Shown here one piece after another: positions 52,890 to 61,894 of a DNA stretch of 64,000 bases. The number at the start of each line of letters is the position of its first letter. Position 1 is the first letter of the stretch. The notes beneath the pieces were generated by a model that saw only the letters and a program-made list of their open reading frames with translations, did not search any database and had not been told where the DNA came from. The translations under genes and the position numbers were made by a program. Origin of the DNA: a virus; IMG/VR virus record IMGVR_UViG_3300049259_000288, positions 12,961 through 76,960 of that record; one strand, written 5' to 3'.

Positions 52890-53277
52890 CAAGACGAAGG
52901 CCGGAACCGACGACCTTCTCGCCGAGGCGGCGCGCGATCCCTGGGCCGCGACACAGGAGTTGGCGGATCGTCGGCACCACGAGCTCGCCGTCGAGCACGA
53001 GCAGACGTTGCGTGAACGCGAGGCCCATCGGCACGAGCGACGGACCATGCTGTGGCATGGCGTTGGCTACGCGCTCGTCGTGCTCTCGGTGCTCTCGGTG
53101 TTCGTCATCATCGGCGCCGTGATCTACGGCTTTCACCACAGCGACCAGGTAGAGCAGGTCAAGGTCGAGGAACAGCGCACGGCGCGCGTCAAGCAGTGCC
53201 TCTCGTTGGAGGACACCGCCGAGCGCGAGCTCTGCGTCATCGGTTCCGCATCCGAATCAGCGCCGGGAGGCAAATGA
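52882..53277 (+). CDS. membrane protein
   Basis: Single TM. Confidence 0.6.
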   Translation: MGDKTKAGTDDLLAEAARDPWAATQELADRRHHELAVEHEQTLREREAHRHERRTMLWHGVGYALVVLSVLSVFVIIGAVIYGFHHSDQVEQVKVEEQRTARVKQCLSLEDTAERELCVIGSASESAPGGK

Positions 53278-53990
53278 TGTTCGAGCGTTTCAACAACAAG
53301 GCGCGTCGAGTCGTGGTGCTCGCTCAGGAAGACGCGCGCCTCCTGGACCACAACTACATCGGCACCGAGCACCTGCTGCTTGGGCTGCTCCACGACGAGG
53401 AGGAGATCCCGTTCCAGGTGCTCGCGGAGTTGGGGCTCACGCTCTTCCCGGCCCGCGAGGCTGTTGAGGCGCTCATCGGACGCGGCACCGAGTCGCCCCC
53501 TGGCCACATCCCGTTCACGCCGCGCGCCAAGAAGGTCCTTGAGCTGAGCTTGCGCGAGGCGCTCCAGCTGGGCCACAACTACATCGGCACGGAGCACATC
53601 CTCCTCGGCTTGATCCGCGAGGGCGAGGGTGTCGCCGCCAAGGTCATCGTGGGCGCCGGCATCGACCTCGCTGCGGTCCGCCAGGGCGTCATCAAGGTGC
53701 TCACCCAGCGATCGCCGTTGCCGTCGCCGGTATCGCACCCGTCCTCGGGAGACGCGCGGCTTGAGATGCTCGAGAAGCGCCGGACCGATCTGGTGGCGCG
53801 ACTGCACGAGTTCGTCGACGCCGCCAAGCACGCCGCGCCCGAGGTGTCATGGGACCTTCGCAAGGTCGGCAACCTCACCGTGGTTCGCCGCGTCACCTCG
53901 GAGATCGTGGCCACCTTCGCCGACCCGATGGACGCCGCCGCCGTGATGGAGAACCTGCTGCAGCGGGAGCGGGAGGCCGAGGCCGAGTGA
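53274..53990 (+). CDS. stand-alone ClpC N-terminal (double Clp_N) domain protein
   Basis: MFERF...ARRVVVLAQEDAR.L.HNYIGTEHLLLGL...GHIPFTPRAKKVLELSLREALQLGHNYIGTEHILLGLIREGEGVAA; no AAA domain. Confidence 0.93.
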   Translation: MMFERFNNKARRVVVLAQEDARLLDHNYIGTEHLLLGLLHDEEEIPFQVLAELGLTLFPAREAVEALIGRGTESPPGHIPFTPRAKKVLELSLREALQLGHNYIGTEHILLGLIREGEGVAAKVIVGAGIDLAAVRQGVIKVLTQRSPLPSPVSHPSSGDARLEMLEKRRTDLVARLHEFVDAAKHAAPEVSWDLRKVGNLTVVRRVTSEIVATFADPMDAAAVMENLLQREREAEAE

Positions 53991-54176
53991 CGCTGTGCGA
54001 GAACTGCCTCGACACCGTGGAGAACCCGGTGCGCCTGCCTGTCGGCTTCGAGAAGGGCCCGCAACGCGACCCGTTCCACATCACGCGCACGCTGTGCGAG
54101 ACCTGCGCCAACGCCGTGCAGGAAGGGCGCTGGGACGTCGTGCACGAGATGTACTCCGTCGAGCGGAAGGTCACCC

Positions 54177-54686
54177 GTGAGCAAGATTGAGTGGAGAACG
54201 TCGATGGTCGCTGGCTACGACGTGTCCAGGGACGGGCAGGTGCGATCGTGGCGGAATCGCCATGGTGGTCGTCGTGAAGAGCCCGTCATCCTGCAACCAC
54301 TTCGATCGAAGAGCGGTCACCGATACGTCTTGCTACCGCCGGAGGTCGGGTCACGGTCGCGAAAGTTCTGGGTTCATCACCTGGTTCTCGTTGCCTTCGT
54401 CGGACCCCGACCAACTGGCCAGGAAGCGCGACATCTCAACGATGACCCCGACGACAACCGTGCCGAGAACCTCCTGTGGGGCACGCGATCAGAGAACCAG
54501 CGCGATGCCGTTCGGAACGGCGGGCGCCGCACCGGCGCCGCTGCTGACGGGGCGACGCTGACGATCGAGCAGGTTCAGGTCGTCCGTGCCTCACGACGTC
54601 CATCGCGAGCGGTCGCGGCTGAACTCGGGGTGAGCCATACCACCATTCAGAAGGTGCGTCGAGGAGATCGGTACCGCTGTGGCTGA
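54177..54686 (+). CDS. NUMOD4/HNH homing endonuclease
   Basis: YDVSRDGQVRS...VHHLV..AFVG.RP...RHLND...DNR..NL.WGT...N. Confidence 0.88.
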   Translation: MSKIEWRTSMVAGYDVSRDGQVRSWRNRHGGRREEPVILQPLRSKSGHRYVLLPPEVGSRSRKFWVHHLVLVAFVGPRPTGQEARHLNDDPDDNRAENLLWGTRSENQRDAVRNGGRRTGAAADGATLTIEQVQVVRASRRPSRAVAAELGVSHTTIQKVRRGDRYRCG

Positions 54687-55482
54687 CGGAACGAAGATCG
54701 AGTGGACGGACACAACGTGGTCGCCCGTCACCGGATGCGATCGCGTCTCGCCGGGATGCGATCACTGCTATGCGATGACGATGGCAGCTCGCCTCAAGCT
54801 CATGGGCTCGGCGAAGTACCAGCGCGACGGCGATCCTTCGACGAGTGGGCCCGGCTTCGGCGTGACCTTGCACCACGGCACCCTGCGCGCGCCCCTGGGC
54901 TGGCGCAAACCGCGGCTGGTGTTCGTGAACAGCATGAGCGACGTGTTCCATCCCGAGATCCCCGACGGCTTCATCGGCTCGATCTTCGATGTCATGGCGC
55001 TCGCCGAGCGGCACACCTTCCAGGTGCTGACGAAGCGGCCGCAGCGCATGGCCAAGCTGCTGCAGGCGTGGGAGGCCGACGGCTGCATGTGGCGGCGCGA
55101 CGACATGCTCTGGTGCGGGCCCGGGCCGTGGCCACTGCCAAACGTCTGGCTCGGCACCTCGATCGAGAACGACCGCTACACCTTCCGCGTCGACCACCTC
55201 ACCGACACGCCGGCAGCGTTGCGCTTCCTCAGCCTCGAGCCGTTGCTCGGTCCGCTGCCATCGCTCGACCTCACCGGCATCGGCTGGGTGATCGCTGGCG
55301 CCGAGTCAGGTCATGGCGCGCGGCCCATGGACGACGGCTGGGTTCGCGACATCAGAGACCAGTGCGTCGAGCGCGGCATCTCTTTCTTCTTCAAGCAGAA
55401 GGCCACCTCGGCCGGCCAGAAGATCCCGCTGCCCGAGCTCGATGGCCAGGTGTGGAACCAGATGCCCGCCCATGCCGCCTGA
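54679..55482 (+). CDS. DUF5131 / phage Gp37-Gp68 family protein
   Basis: TKIEWTD.TW.P.TGC..VSPGC.HCYA, FVNSMSD.FH, FQVLTKRP, LSLEPLLG, FFFKQ. Confidence 0.92.
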   Translation: MADGTKIEWTDTTWSPVTGCDRVSPGCDHCYAMTMAARLKLMGSAKYQRDGDPSTSGPGFGVTLHHGTLRAPLGWRKPRLVFVNSMSDVFHPEIPDGFIGSIFDVMALAERHTFQVLTKRPQRMAKLLQAWEADGCMWRRDDMLWCGPGPWPLPNVWLGTSIENDRYTFRVDHLTDTPAALRFLSLEPLLGPLPSLDLTGIGWVIAGAESGHGARPMDDGWVRDIRDQCVERGISFFFKQKATSAGQKIPLPELDGQVWNQMPAHAA

Positions 55483-55774
55483 GCGTCCCTACAAGGACGT
55501 CGAGTGGCGTGAGCCCGATGATCCGCCGACGATCCCACCGGGCGCCACAGCGACGCTCCTGGGCCTTGTGATCGTCCATGCGATGAACGGGCGCGCCACC
55601 GTGCGCGAGGTGGCGATGATCACCGGCAAGCCCACGTCCATCTCCACCGTGCACGCGCACCTCGTGCAGCTGCGACGAGCTGGCTTGGTGGCGTGGGAGG
55701 ACAACCTCGGTGGCACGCTGCGCCCGCTCGTCGACATCGTCGACGGGCCATGGACGACGCGGATGACCGGATGA
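55472..55774 (+). CDS. LexA-like winged-HTH regulator
   Basis: TVREVA...S.STVHAHL..LRRAGLV. Confidence 0.7.
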   Translation: MPPERPYKDVEWREPDDPPTIPPGATATLLGLVIVHAMNGRATVREVAMITGKPTSISTVHAHLVQLRRAGLVAWEDNLGGTLRPLVDIVDGPWTTRMTG

Positions 55775-55853
55775 CCCCTTCCGCGCGTGCGTTCGACGTT
55801 GTACCTTCGGCGCCCGACCACGACCACGTTCGCGACCAAGGGGAGGCGGCGGC

Positions 55854-56675
55854 TTGAGTCGATACGACGATCGTCGCGGCGTCCACGTTCCACTGTGGGC
55901 CATGGAGGACTGCGGCGGTGACGCGCGAGACGCGATGGTGCTCGCGCAGATCACGTGGTGGCTCCAACCCGCGCAACGAGACGGGCGTCGTCGGACGCAG
56001 TGCACCACCGAACGTGATGGTCACCTGTGGCTCTTCCTGTCGGACGCGGAGTTCGGTTCCGACGTCGGCATGTCGGCGGATCAGGTGTACCGCGCGAGGC
56101 AGTCGCTGCGGAGAGCGAACGCCTTTCGACCGGCTCTGATCGAGTCCAAAAGCGCGCATGTCGACGGTCGCAAGGTGACCCTTCTGCGGCCGATCCTTGC
56201 AGTCGAGGATTCCGCGGACGCGCGGAATACTGACCGCGAGGTCGCGGAGCCACCCGCCGCGGCCTCGCGGAACACCCGCCGCGGAGTCGCGGAATCCACT
56301 TCTAATAGAGACCTACAAGACCAAGAACAAGACCCGGCTGACGCCGAGGTGGATCGCCTCTGCACGCTGCTTGCCGATCTCATCGAGGCCAACGGCTCGA
56401 AGCGCCCCACCATCACCGCCCGTTGGCGAACTGAGTGTGATCGCTTGCTGCGCCTTGATGGGCGTGCGCCCGAAAAGATCGAAGCGTGCATCCGATGGTG
56501 CCAGGCCGACCCGTTCTGGCGCGGCAACATCCTCTCGATGCCGACGCTGCGGCAGAAGTACGACCAGCTGCGGCTGGCCGCGAAGCGCGATCCCAAGCCG
56601 AAGGGCACGCTGTCTCAGATCCGCGAGGTTCCGTTCGACGAGGGCGGGATGATCGTCCAGGAGGGTTGCGCATGA
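55854..56675 (+). CDS. replication initiator protein
   Basis: N-terminal AMVLAQI.WW plus wHTH; C-terminal IRW...DPFW..NILS...LR.KYDQL. Confidence 0.8.
   Translation: MSRYDDRRGVHVPLWAMEDCGGDARDAMVLAQITWWLQPAQRDGRRRTQCTTERDGHLWLFLSDAEFGSDVGMSADQVYRARQSLRRANAFRPALIESKSAHVDGRKVTLLRPILAVEDSADARNTDREVAEPPAAASRNTRRGVAESTSNRDLQDQEQDPADAEVDRLCTLLADLIEANGSKRPTITARWRTECDRLLRLDGRAPEKIEACIRWCQADPFWRGNILSMPTLRQKYDQLRLAAKRDPKPKGTLSQIREVPFDEGGMIVQEGCA
56213..56310 (+). repeat. putative origin iterons inside the initiator gene
   Basis: Six CGCGGA copies (56213, 56221, 56243, 56266, 56280, 56288) followed by an AT-rich CTTCTAATAGAG. Confidence 0.55.
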
Positions 56676-57253
56676 CCGACAAGGAGATCGCTGCCCTGCT
56701 CGGCTTCTGCTCACAGTGGTGGCCGAACTGGCGCCCACCAGAGGACGTTCGCACGATGATCCTAGGGTGGCGTTCGCTGCTCTCCGACATCGAGTTCGAC
56801 GCCGGGTACGCCGCCCTGTCCGAGCACGCCACGGCAGGGTCGGAGTTCCCTCCCCCTGTCGGCGTCATCCGTCGCCGTGCCTTCGAGCTCACCGTGCCCG
56901 AGGGGTCGGCCCCGCCGGTGGACGAGGCGTGGGGCGAGGTCGGGCGCGAGATCCATCGGGTCGGCCACTTCGTGCCAAGCGAAGGAGAGCCGGATCGCCT
57001 GCCGTCCTTCTCCCATCCCGCCATCACCGCCGTGGTGAACGCCTTGACGTGGAAGTCGCTGTGTGAGTCGACGAACGAGGTCGCTGACCGGGCTCACTTC
57101 GCCCGGATGTACGCCGAGCGCGTGCGGTCCTACGTCGACGTTGCCGCGCGCACCGAACTGGCGCAGCAGGTGCGGATGCGCGCCCTCACCGAGGCCGAGG
57201 ACGAGCCCAAGCGCATCGGCGACAACGTGCGCGCCCTGGTGAGGCCGGAGTGA
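56672..57253 (+). CDS. helicase loader/inhibitor-like protein
   Basis: W..LL.D...A......H.....FPP.VG.IR...EAW.EV...RAHF..MY; follows the initiator. Confidence 0.7.
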   Translation: MTDKEIAALLGFCSQWWPNWRPPEDVRTMILGWRSLLSDIEFDAGYAALSEHATAGSEFPPPVGVIRRRAFELTVPEGSAPPVDEAWGEVGREIHRVGHFVPSEGEPDRLPSFSHPAITAVVNALTWKSLCESTNEVADRAHFARMYAERVRSYVDVAARTELAQQVRMRALTEAEDEPKRIGDNVRALVRPE

Positions 57254-57663
57254 CACCGGCGAGCGCGGAGGAGCGCGAGACCGGCCTCATGGCGATCGCG
57301 CGCGTCAAGCGCGCGCTGGGCACCGACCCCGCGTCGAAGCTGGCAGCGATGCCGGCCCTCACACCCGAGCCCCAGGAGCGTCCCGCCCTGCACGGTGAGG
57401 GCTGCGCCTACTGCCGACACGATCGCTGCTTCGCGTGCGAACTGGCCGGCAAGACCCTGGTCGACTGCCGACACGAAGGCCCGGCGCGCCACGGCGCCGG
57501 CGACCTGACGAATCCACCCCCGGAGGCTGAGCATGACGGAGCCGTTGCCGGAGAAGATGCGGCCGTTCGCGGAGGAGCCGATGCTGTCGGCGGTGGTGAC
57601 GGGGAAGGCGATCGCGCACCAGAGGTGCGGACGTCGGAGGTACCACCGGATCTGCCCGGGTGA
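57250..57663 (+). CDS. hypothetical Cys-rich protein
   Basis: GTGA coupling. Confidence 0.5.
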   Translation: MTPASAEERETGLMAIARVKRALGTDPASKLAAMPALTPEPQERPALHGEGCAYCRHDRCFACELAGKTLVDCRHEGPARHGAGDLTNPPPEAEHDGAVAGEDAAVRGGADAVGGGDGEGDRAPEVRTSEVPPDLPG

Positions 57664-57714
57664 CACGATCGGATTCGTGCCGGGACTTGGTTGGTGCTGC
57701 GAGTGGTGTGCCAC

Positions 57715-58530
57715 ATGACGGGAGGCGGAATGGGTGAGACACCGGTGTTCTTTGTGGACACTGAAACCCTTGGACTCGATGAGTGCCGGCACGCGATCTG
57801 GGAGATCGCGTACGTCCTGCGCACCCCTGGCGAGATGGCGGTCGAGCGTGAGCTCCTCGTGCGCCTCACCGACGAGGAGCTCGCGGCCGCCGACTCGACC
57901 GCGCTGCGCCTCAACCACTTCTACGACCGGTACGACCGTGAGAAGGCGCTCGATCCGCGCGCAGTGGCGTGGGACATCGCGCAGGCGTCCGCCGGCGCGG
58001 CGCTGCTTGCCGCCAACCCCAACTTCGATGCCGTTCGCCTCGAGCGGTTCATGCGGGCCAACGGTGCGCCGCCGGCGTGGCACTACCGGCTGTGCTGCAT
58101 CGAGAACCTGGCGGCCGGTCGACTGGGCATCCGGCCAGGGTGGGACCCCGCGCAGCTGAGCGAGATGCTCGGAGTCGAGCGGCCCGAGGCCGACAAGCAC
58201 ACGGCGATGGGCGACGTCCGTTGGAACGTCCGCATGTACGACGCCATCTACTCGTCGCCGGTGAAGCAGACGCCAGCGCCCAAGGCCAGCAAGAAGGCCG
58301 CTGCCGAGACCAAGGAGCCTCCGCCGCCGTCCGAGCCCGAACCGGTAGCGAAGGAGCCGGACTCGCGCGCCATCCTGGATGACCTCCGGGAAAACGGTGG
58401 CGATTGCGAGGACTGCAAGACCCACGTCGACCCCCAGGCCGCGGTCGTCTCCTTCACGCGGCACAAGAAGGTGCTGTGCATGAGCGGTGACGACGGCGGC
58501 TGCTACTCGCGCTACGGGAAGGCATCATGA
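57715..58530 (+). CDS. DEDDh 3'-5' exonuclease with C-terminal Zn finger
   Basis: VDTETLG, ANPNFD..RL, HTAMGDV. Confidence 0.85.
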   Translation: MTGGGMGETPVFFVDTETLGLDECRHAIWEIAYVLRTPGEMAVERELLVRLTDEELAAADSTALRLNHFYDRYDREKALDPRAVAWDIAQASAGAALLAANPNFDAVRLERFMRANGAPPAWHYRLCCIENLAAGRLGIRPGWDPAQLSEMLGVERPEADKHTAMGDVRWNVRMYDAIYSSPVKQTPAPKASKKAAAETKEPPPPSEPEPVAKEPDSRAILDDLRENGGDCEDCKTHVDPQAAVVSFTRHKKVLCMSGDDGGCYSRYGKAS

Positions 58531-58805
58531 GCGACCAGTTCACCCGCCCCTACGACGTGCTCGGCTTCGAGTTCGACCCCACCGACCTGTCGGTGACCAT
58601 CAGCATCCTCGACCCGATCCGCTCGAGCCGCGAGTACGGGGTCATGCCCGAGCTCCGGCAGATCCGACTCGACGGCATGAAATGGGAGGGCCACGTCAAC
58701 GAGATCCTCAGCGACATCATGGATCTCATCACCGAGGTCGAGCAGGCCGGAACGCCGATGACTCGCGCTGGCCGGGGTGCGGGTACTGATGACCCTGCTG
58801 AGTGA
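58527..58805 (+). CDS. hypothetical protein
   Basis: ATGA coupling. Confidence 0.55.
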   Translation: MSDQFTRPYDVLGFEFDPTDLSVTISILDPIRSSREYGVMPELRQIRLDGMKWEGHVNEILSDIMDLITEVEQAGTPMTRAGRGAGTDDPAE

Positions 58806-59212
58806 CGCACCGACTCCCCTCCGGCATGGTGGCATCGCCCACTGCCTGGTGCCCCTCGTGGAAAAGTCCTCGGGCTTCCGGGTGACCGTGGGATGGATGT
58901 GCAAGCGACCGCTGTGCGGGGTGAGCTGGGACGAGCTGCCGCCGATCAGCGAGCGCCTCACCGGCTGCCCGGGCGACTGATGGACTTCGACCCTGGTCCC
59001 CCGTGGGCGCGAGTCATCCCGGCACGATGGGGCTTCTGGATCGAGCACGGGCCAGCGCCGCTCATTGTGGAGTGCGATGGCCCAGGCGGGGCACCGCACC
59101 GGTGGTGGCGCCGCACGCAAGCCGCGGCGGATGCGAAGGCGCGGCGACTGATCGAGAAGGCGCAACGGGAGCGGGCGCGAGCGGACGCCGGCTACACGAT
59201 CAGGGGCGACTG

Positions 59213-60064
59213 ATGCGACCCCCCTTCGCCTACTTCGGCGGCAAGTACGGGATGAGCGCGCGCATCGTGTCGCTGATGCCGCCGCACAGGGTCTACATCG
59301 AGCCCTTCTTCGGCTCCGGTGCGGTGTTCTTCGCCAAGCGGCCAGCGACGCACGAGATCATCAACGATCTCGACGGCGCCGTGGTCACGTTCTTCCGCTG
59401 CCTGCGCGAACGCACCGATGAGCTCGAGCACGCCTGCTCGCTGACGCCGTACGCGCGCGAGGAGTACGAGCAGGCCGACATCGACGCCACCGACGACGAG
59501 CTAGAGATCGCGCGCCGGTTCTGGGTGCGGATCAACCAGTCCTTCGCCAAGACAGCGGGGAACCAGACTGGCTGGTCGGTGACCACGGCGCGCACGCAGG
59601 CGACGGCGGCGTCGGTGTGGTCGCGCATCGGTCGGTTCGGCGAGTGCGCGCGACGGCTGATGAACGTTTCGATCGAGTGCTGCGACGCCGCCGACCTGGT
59701 TGAGCGGATGGCCACCGATGACGCCGTGATCTATGTCGACCCGCCCTACCTCGCCGCCACGCGCGTGTCGCGTCAGGATCGGCAGCGGCCCGAGGACTAC
59801 CGGCGTGACATGGGCGGCGATTCCGAGCACCGGCGGCTCGCCGAGGTCCTGCACGCCACACCAGCGGTCGTGATCCTCTCCGGCTACCCGGGCGACCTGT
59901 ACGACGAGCTCTATGCCGACTGGTGGTCGATGGACGTCAACGTCACGGCGCACTCGTCGAACGCAGCGACGACCTCACGCACGTCGCGCGTCGAGCGGCT
60001 GTGGGCCAACCGCGAGCTCGACCGCGGGCAGATGGGATTCGTGTATGACGAGGAGGTCGTATGA
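59213..60064 (+). CDS. DNA adenine methyltransferase (D12/Dam class)
   Basis: PF.YFGGK, YIEPFFGSGAV, EIINDLD, IYVDPPY. Confidence 0.92.
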   Translation: MRPPFAYFGGKYGMSARIVSLMPPHRVYIEPFFGSGAVFFAKRPATHEIINDLDGAVVTFFRCLRERTDELEHACSLTPYAREEYEQADIDATDDELEIARRFWVRINQSFAKTAGNQTGWSVTTARTQATAASVWSRIGRFGECARRLMNVSIECCDAADLVERMATDDAVIYVDPPYLAATRVSRQDRQRPEDYRRDMGGDSEHRRLAEVLHATPAVVILSGYPGDLYDELYADWWSMDVNVTAHSSNAATTSRTSRVERLWANRELDRGQMGFVYDEEVV

Positions 60065-60444
60065 ACGTGAGGGGACGGTTCGAGGCGGAGTTCGATAGCG
60101 CGATCGGCGACAAGCCATACGTCGCGACGATGCGTGTCGTCGCCTGGGACGATCGCGGTGAGGCCCTGGTCCTGTCCCGCAGCCGGCTGGTGCGGGCGTC
60201 CGACATCATGGGGTTCAAGGGAGTGTCGGAGATCGACGAGCCGATCGGCCTGTTGCCTGCTGGTGGGTGGCGAGTGCGGTGGCCGAACGACGACGGGTCC
60301 TTCGATAGCGAGCCCATCATCGGCTGGCTGGTCGAGACTGGCGGCTACGCGAGGGCGATCATCCCCGAGGAACCGGGGTCCGGTATCCCGGTGGACGCCA
60401 TCAAGGGCGGCGAGGTGTACCACACCGAGTCCACCATCAAGTGA
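60061..60444 (+). CDS. hypothetical protein
   Basis: AGGAGG RBS. Confidence 0.65.
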   Translation: MNVRGRFEAEFDSAIGDKPYVATMRVVAWDDRGEALVLSRSRLVRASDIMGFKGVSEIDEPIGLLPAGGWRVRWPNDDGSFDSEPIIGWLVETGGYARAIIPEEPGSGIPVDAIKGGEVYHTESTIK

Positions 60445-60938
60445 GCGACGCGCTGTTCACCGACACGTCGAAGGGCGCCACCTTTTCGCCATGCAGGACC
60501 TGGCGATATCGACTCTGGCGCGAGTGGCACCCGGGCCCGACCTTCGTCGTCGTCGGGCTCAACCCGTCGACCGCTGACGAGACGCAGGACGATCCCACCA
60601 TCCGTCGGTGCATCGGCTTCGCCAAGCGCGCCGAGTGCGGCCGTCTCGAGATGCTCAACCTGTTCGCGTACCGCAGCACCGACCCGAAGCTGCTGTACCA
60701 CATCACCCGGCCCGTCGGTCCCGGCAACGACGACACGATCATGGCGATCGCCGGCACGGCCAACGTCGTGGTGGCGGCGTGGGGTGCCGAGAAGATCGCT
60801 CAGCCACGTGCTGAGCACGTGCTCACGATGCTCGCCGACGCCGGCACGACGGTCCTGTGCTTCGGGGTCACTGCAGGGGGATCGCCGCGCCACCCGCTCT
60901 ACCTCAATGCCGACACCCCACTGGTCCCCCTCACCTGA
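60441..60938 (+). CDS. DUF1643 family protein
   Basis: RYRLWR.W...GLNPSTAD...DDPTIRRC..FA...NLFA.RST.P...AAWG...PRHPLY. Confidence 0.9.
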   Translation: MSDALFTDTSKGATFSPCRTWRYRLWREWHPGPTFVVVGLNPSTADETQDDPTIRRCIGFAKRAECGRLEMLNLFAYRSTDPKLLYHITRPVGPGNDDTIMAIAGTANVVVAAWGAEKIAQPRAEHVLTMLADAGTTVLCFGVTAGGSPRHPLYLNADTPLVPLT

Positions 60939-61192
60939 TGGTCAGCGAGGCCGAGGGGCGCGTCACCTTCACCAAAGCCGAGGCCACGGTGATGGCCATG
61001 CTGGCCGAGGGGCCGTGCGAGCTCGCCAAGCGCACGGAGCGGTTCAAGAAGCGGCCGGCGGTCGGCGAACCCTTCGAGGTGCGCACCGTCGAGCAGCGGG
61101 TGGTCAAGGCGCTCGTGCGTGCTGGCTACGCCCGGGTGGACTTGGTCGGCCACGTCCACCGGACGGGCAAGGCCACCGGCACCATGCCGTGA
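60938..61192 (+). CDS. hypothetical wHTH-like protein
   Basis: TGATG coupling. Confidence 0.5.
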   Translation: MVSEAEGRVTFTKAEATVMAMLAEGPCELAKRTERFKKRPAVGEPFEVRTVEQRVVKALVRAGYARVDLVGHVHRTGKATGTMP

Positions 61193-61303
61193 TTGTGGCG
61201 GTCGGCTGACCGATCCATTACGATTGGATGACCGAGCCACCCCACAAGGGCGGCTCGTTGCGCGCCCGTAGCGCGCGTCCCAGCCCCCGACCAAGGAGCG
61301 TCC

Positions 61304-61852
61304 GTGCGCCGCCTGGCCGTAGCCATCCTCGTCGTCCTGTCGATCACCGCTCTCGTCCTGGTGGGCACCCGAGGCTCCACTGCCGCCCATCCGACCAAGC
61401 CGCCCCATGACCCGATCAGCCAGATCGAGGGCAGGTCCTCAGCGCCGGTGATCGCTCCACGGCTGATCGCGGCGGCGATGGACCCTTGCGCCGATTACGA
61501 CGCCCTCGAGGCTGGCCATGGCACACCGGAGCGCCAGGACCTCTTCAACCATCAGGACGCCCGCGGCTACGCCCGCTGGCGGATGGCGTGCGTCTACCGC
61601 TGGGGAACCTCCGAGTGGACGTGCCTCGACAACATCTGGACCCACGAGTCGAACTGGCGGCATGACATCCGTGGTCGCATCCCGCAGGCGATGCCCGAGA
61701 CGAAGATCGCCACCGAAGGCGCCGACTGGCGATCGAACCCGCGCACCCAGGTCCGCTGGGGCTTGCGCTACATCGCCGACCGCTACGGCCGGCCGAGCCG
61801 AGCCGGGATCACGCCGCCGTACACACGCCAGTCGTGCGACGCCGGCTACTGA
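61304..61852 (+). CDS. secreted lytic transglycosylase-like protein
   Basis: Signal/TM N-terminus; W.CL..IW.HESNW...IPQA.P..K...NP.TQ..WGL.YI..RYG. Confidence 0.85.
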   Translation: MRRLAVAILVVLSITALVLVGTRGSTAAHPTKPPHDPISQIEGRSSAPVIAPRLIAAAMDPCADYDALEAGHGTPERQDLFNHQDARGYARWRMACVYRWGTSEWTCLDNIWTHESNWRHDIRGRIPQAMPETKIATEGADWRSNPRTQVRWGLRYIADRYGRPSRAGITPPYTRQSCDAGY

Positions 61853-61866
61853 GCCATCCCCGAGGC

Positions 61867-61888
61867 TGTCGCAGCGCCTTCGTACGAT
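61867..61888 (+). promoter_or_regulatory. PafBC/RecA-NDp-like promoter, leaderless gam-like gene
   Basis: TGTCG-N11-TACGAT, 6 nt before GTG. Confidence 0.65.
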
Positions 61889-61894
61889 CGGCTC

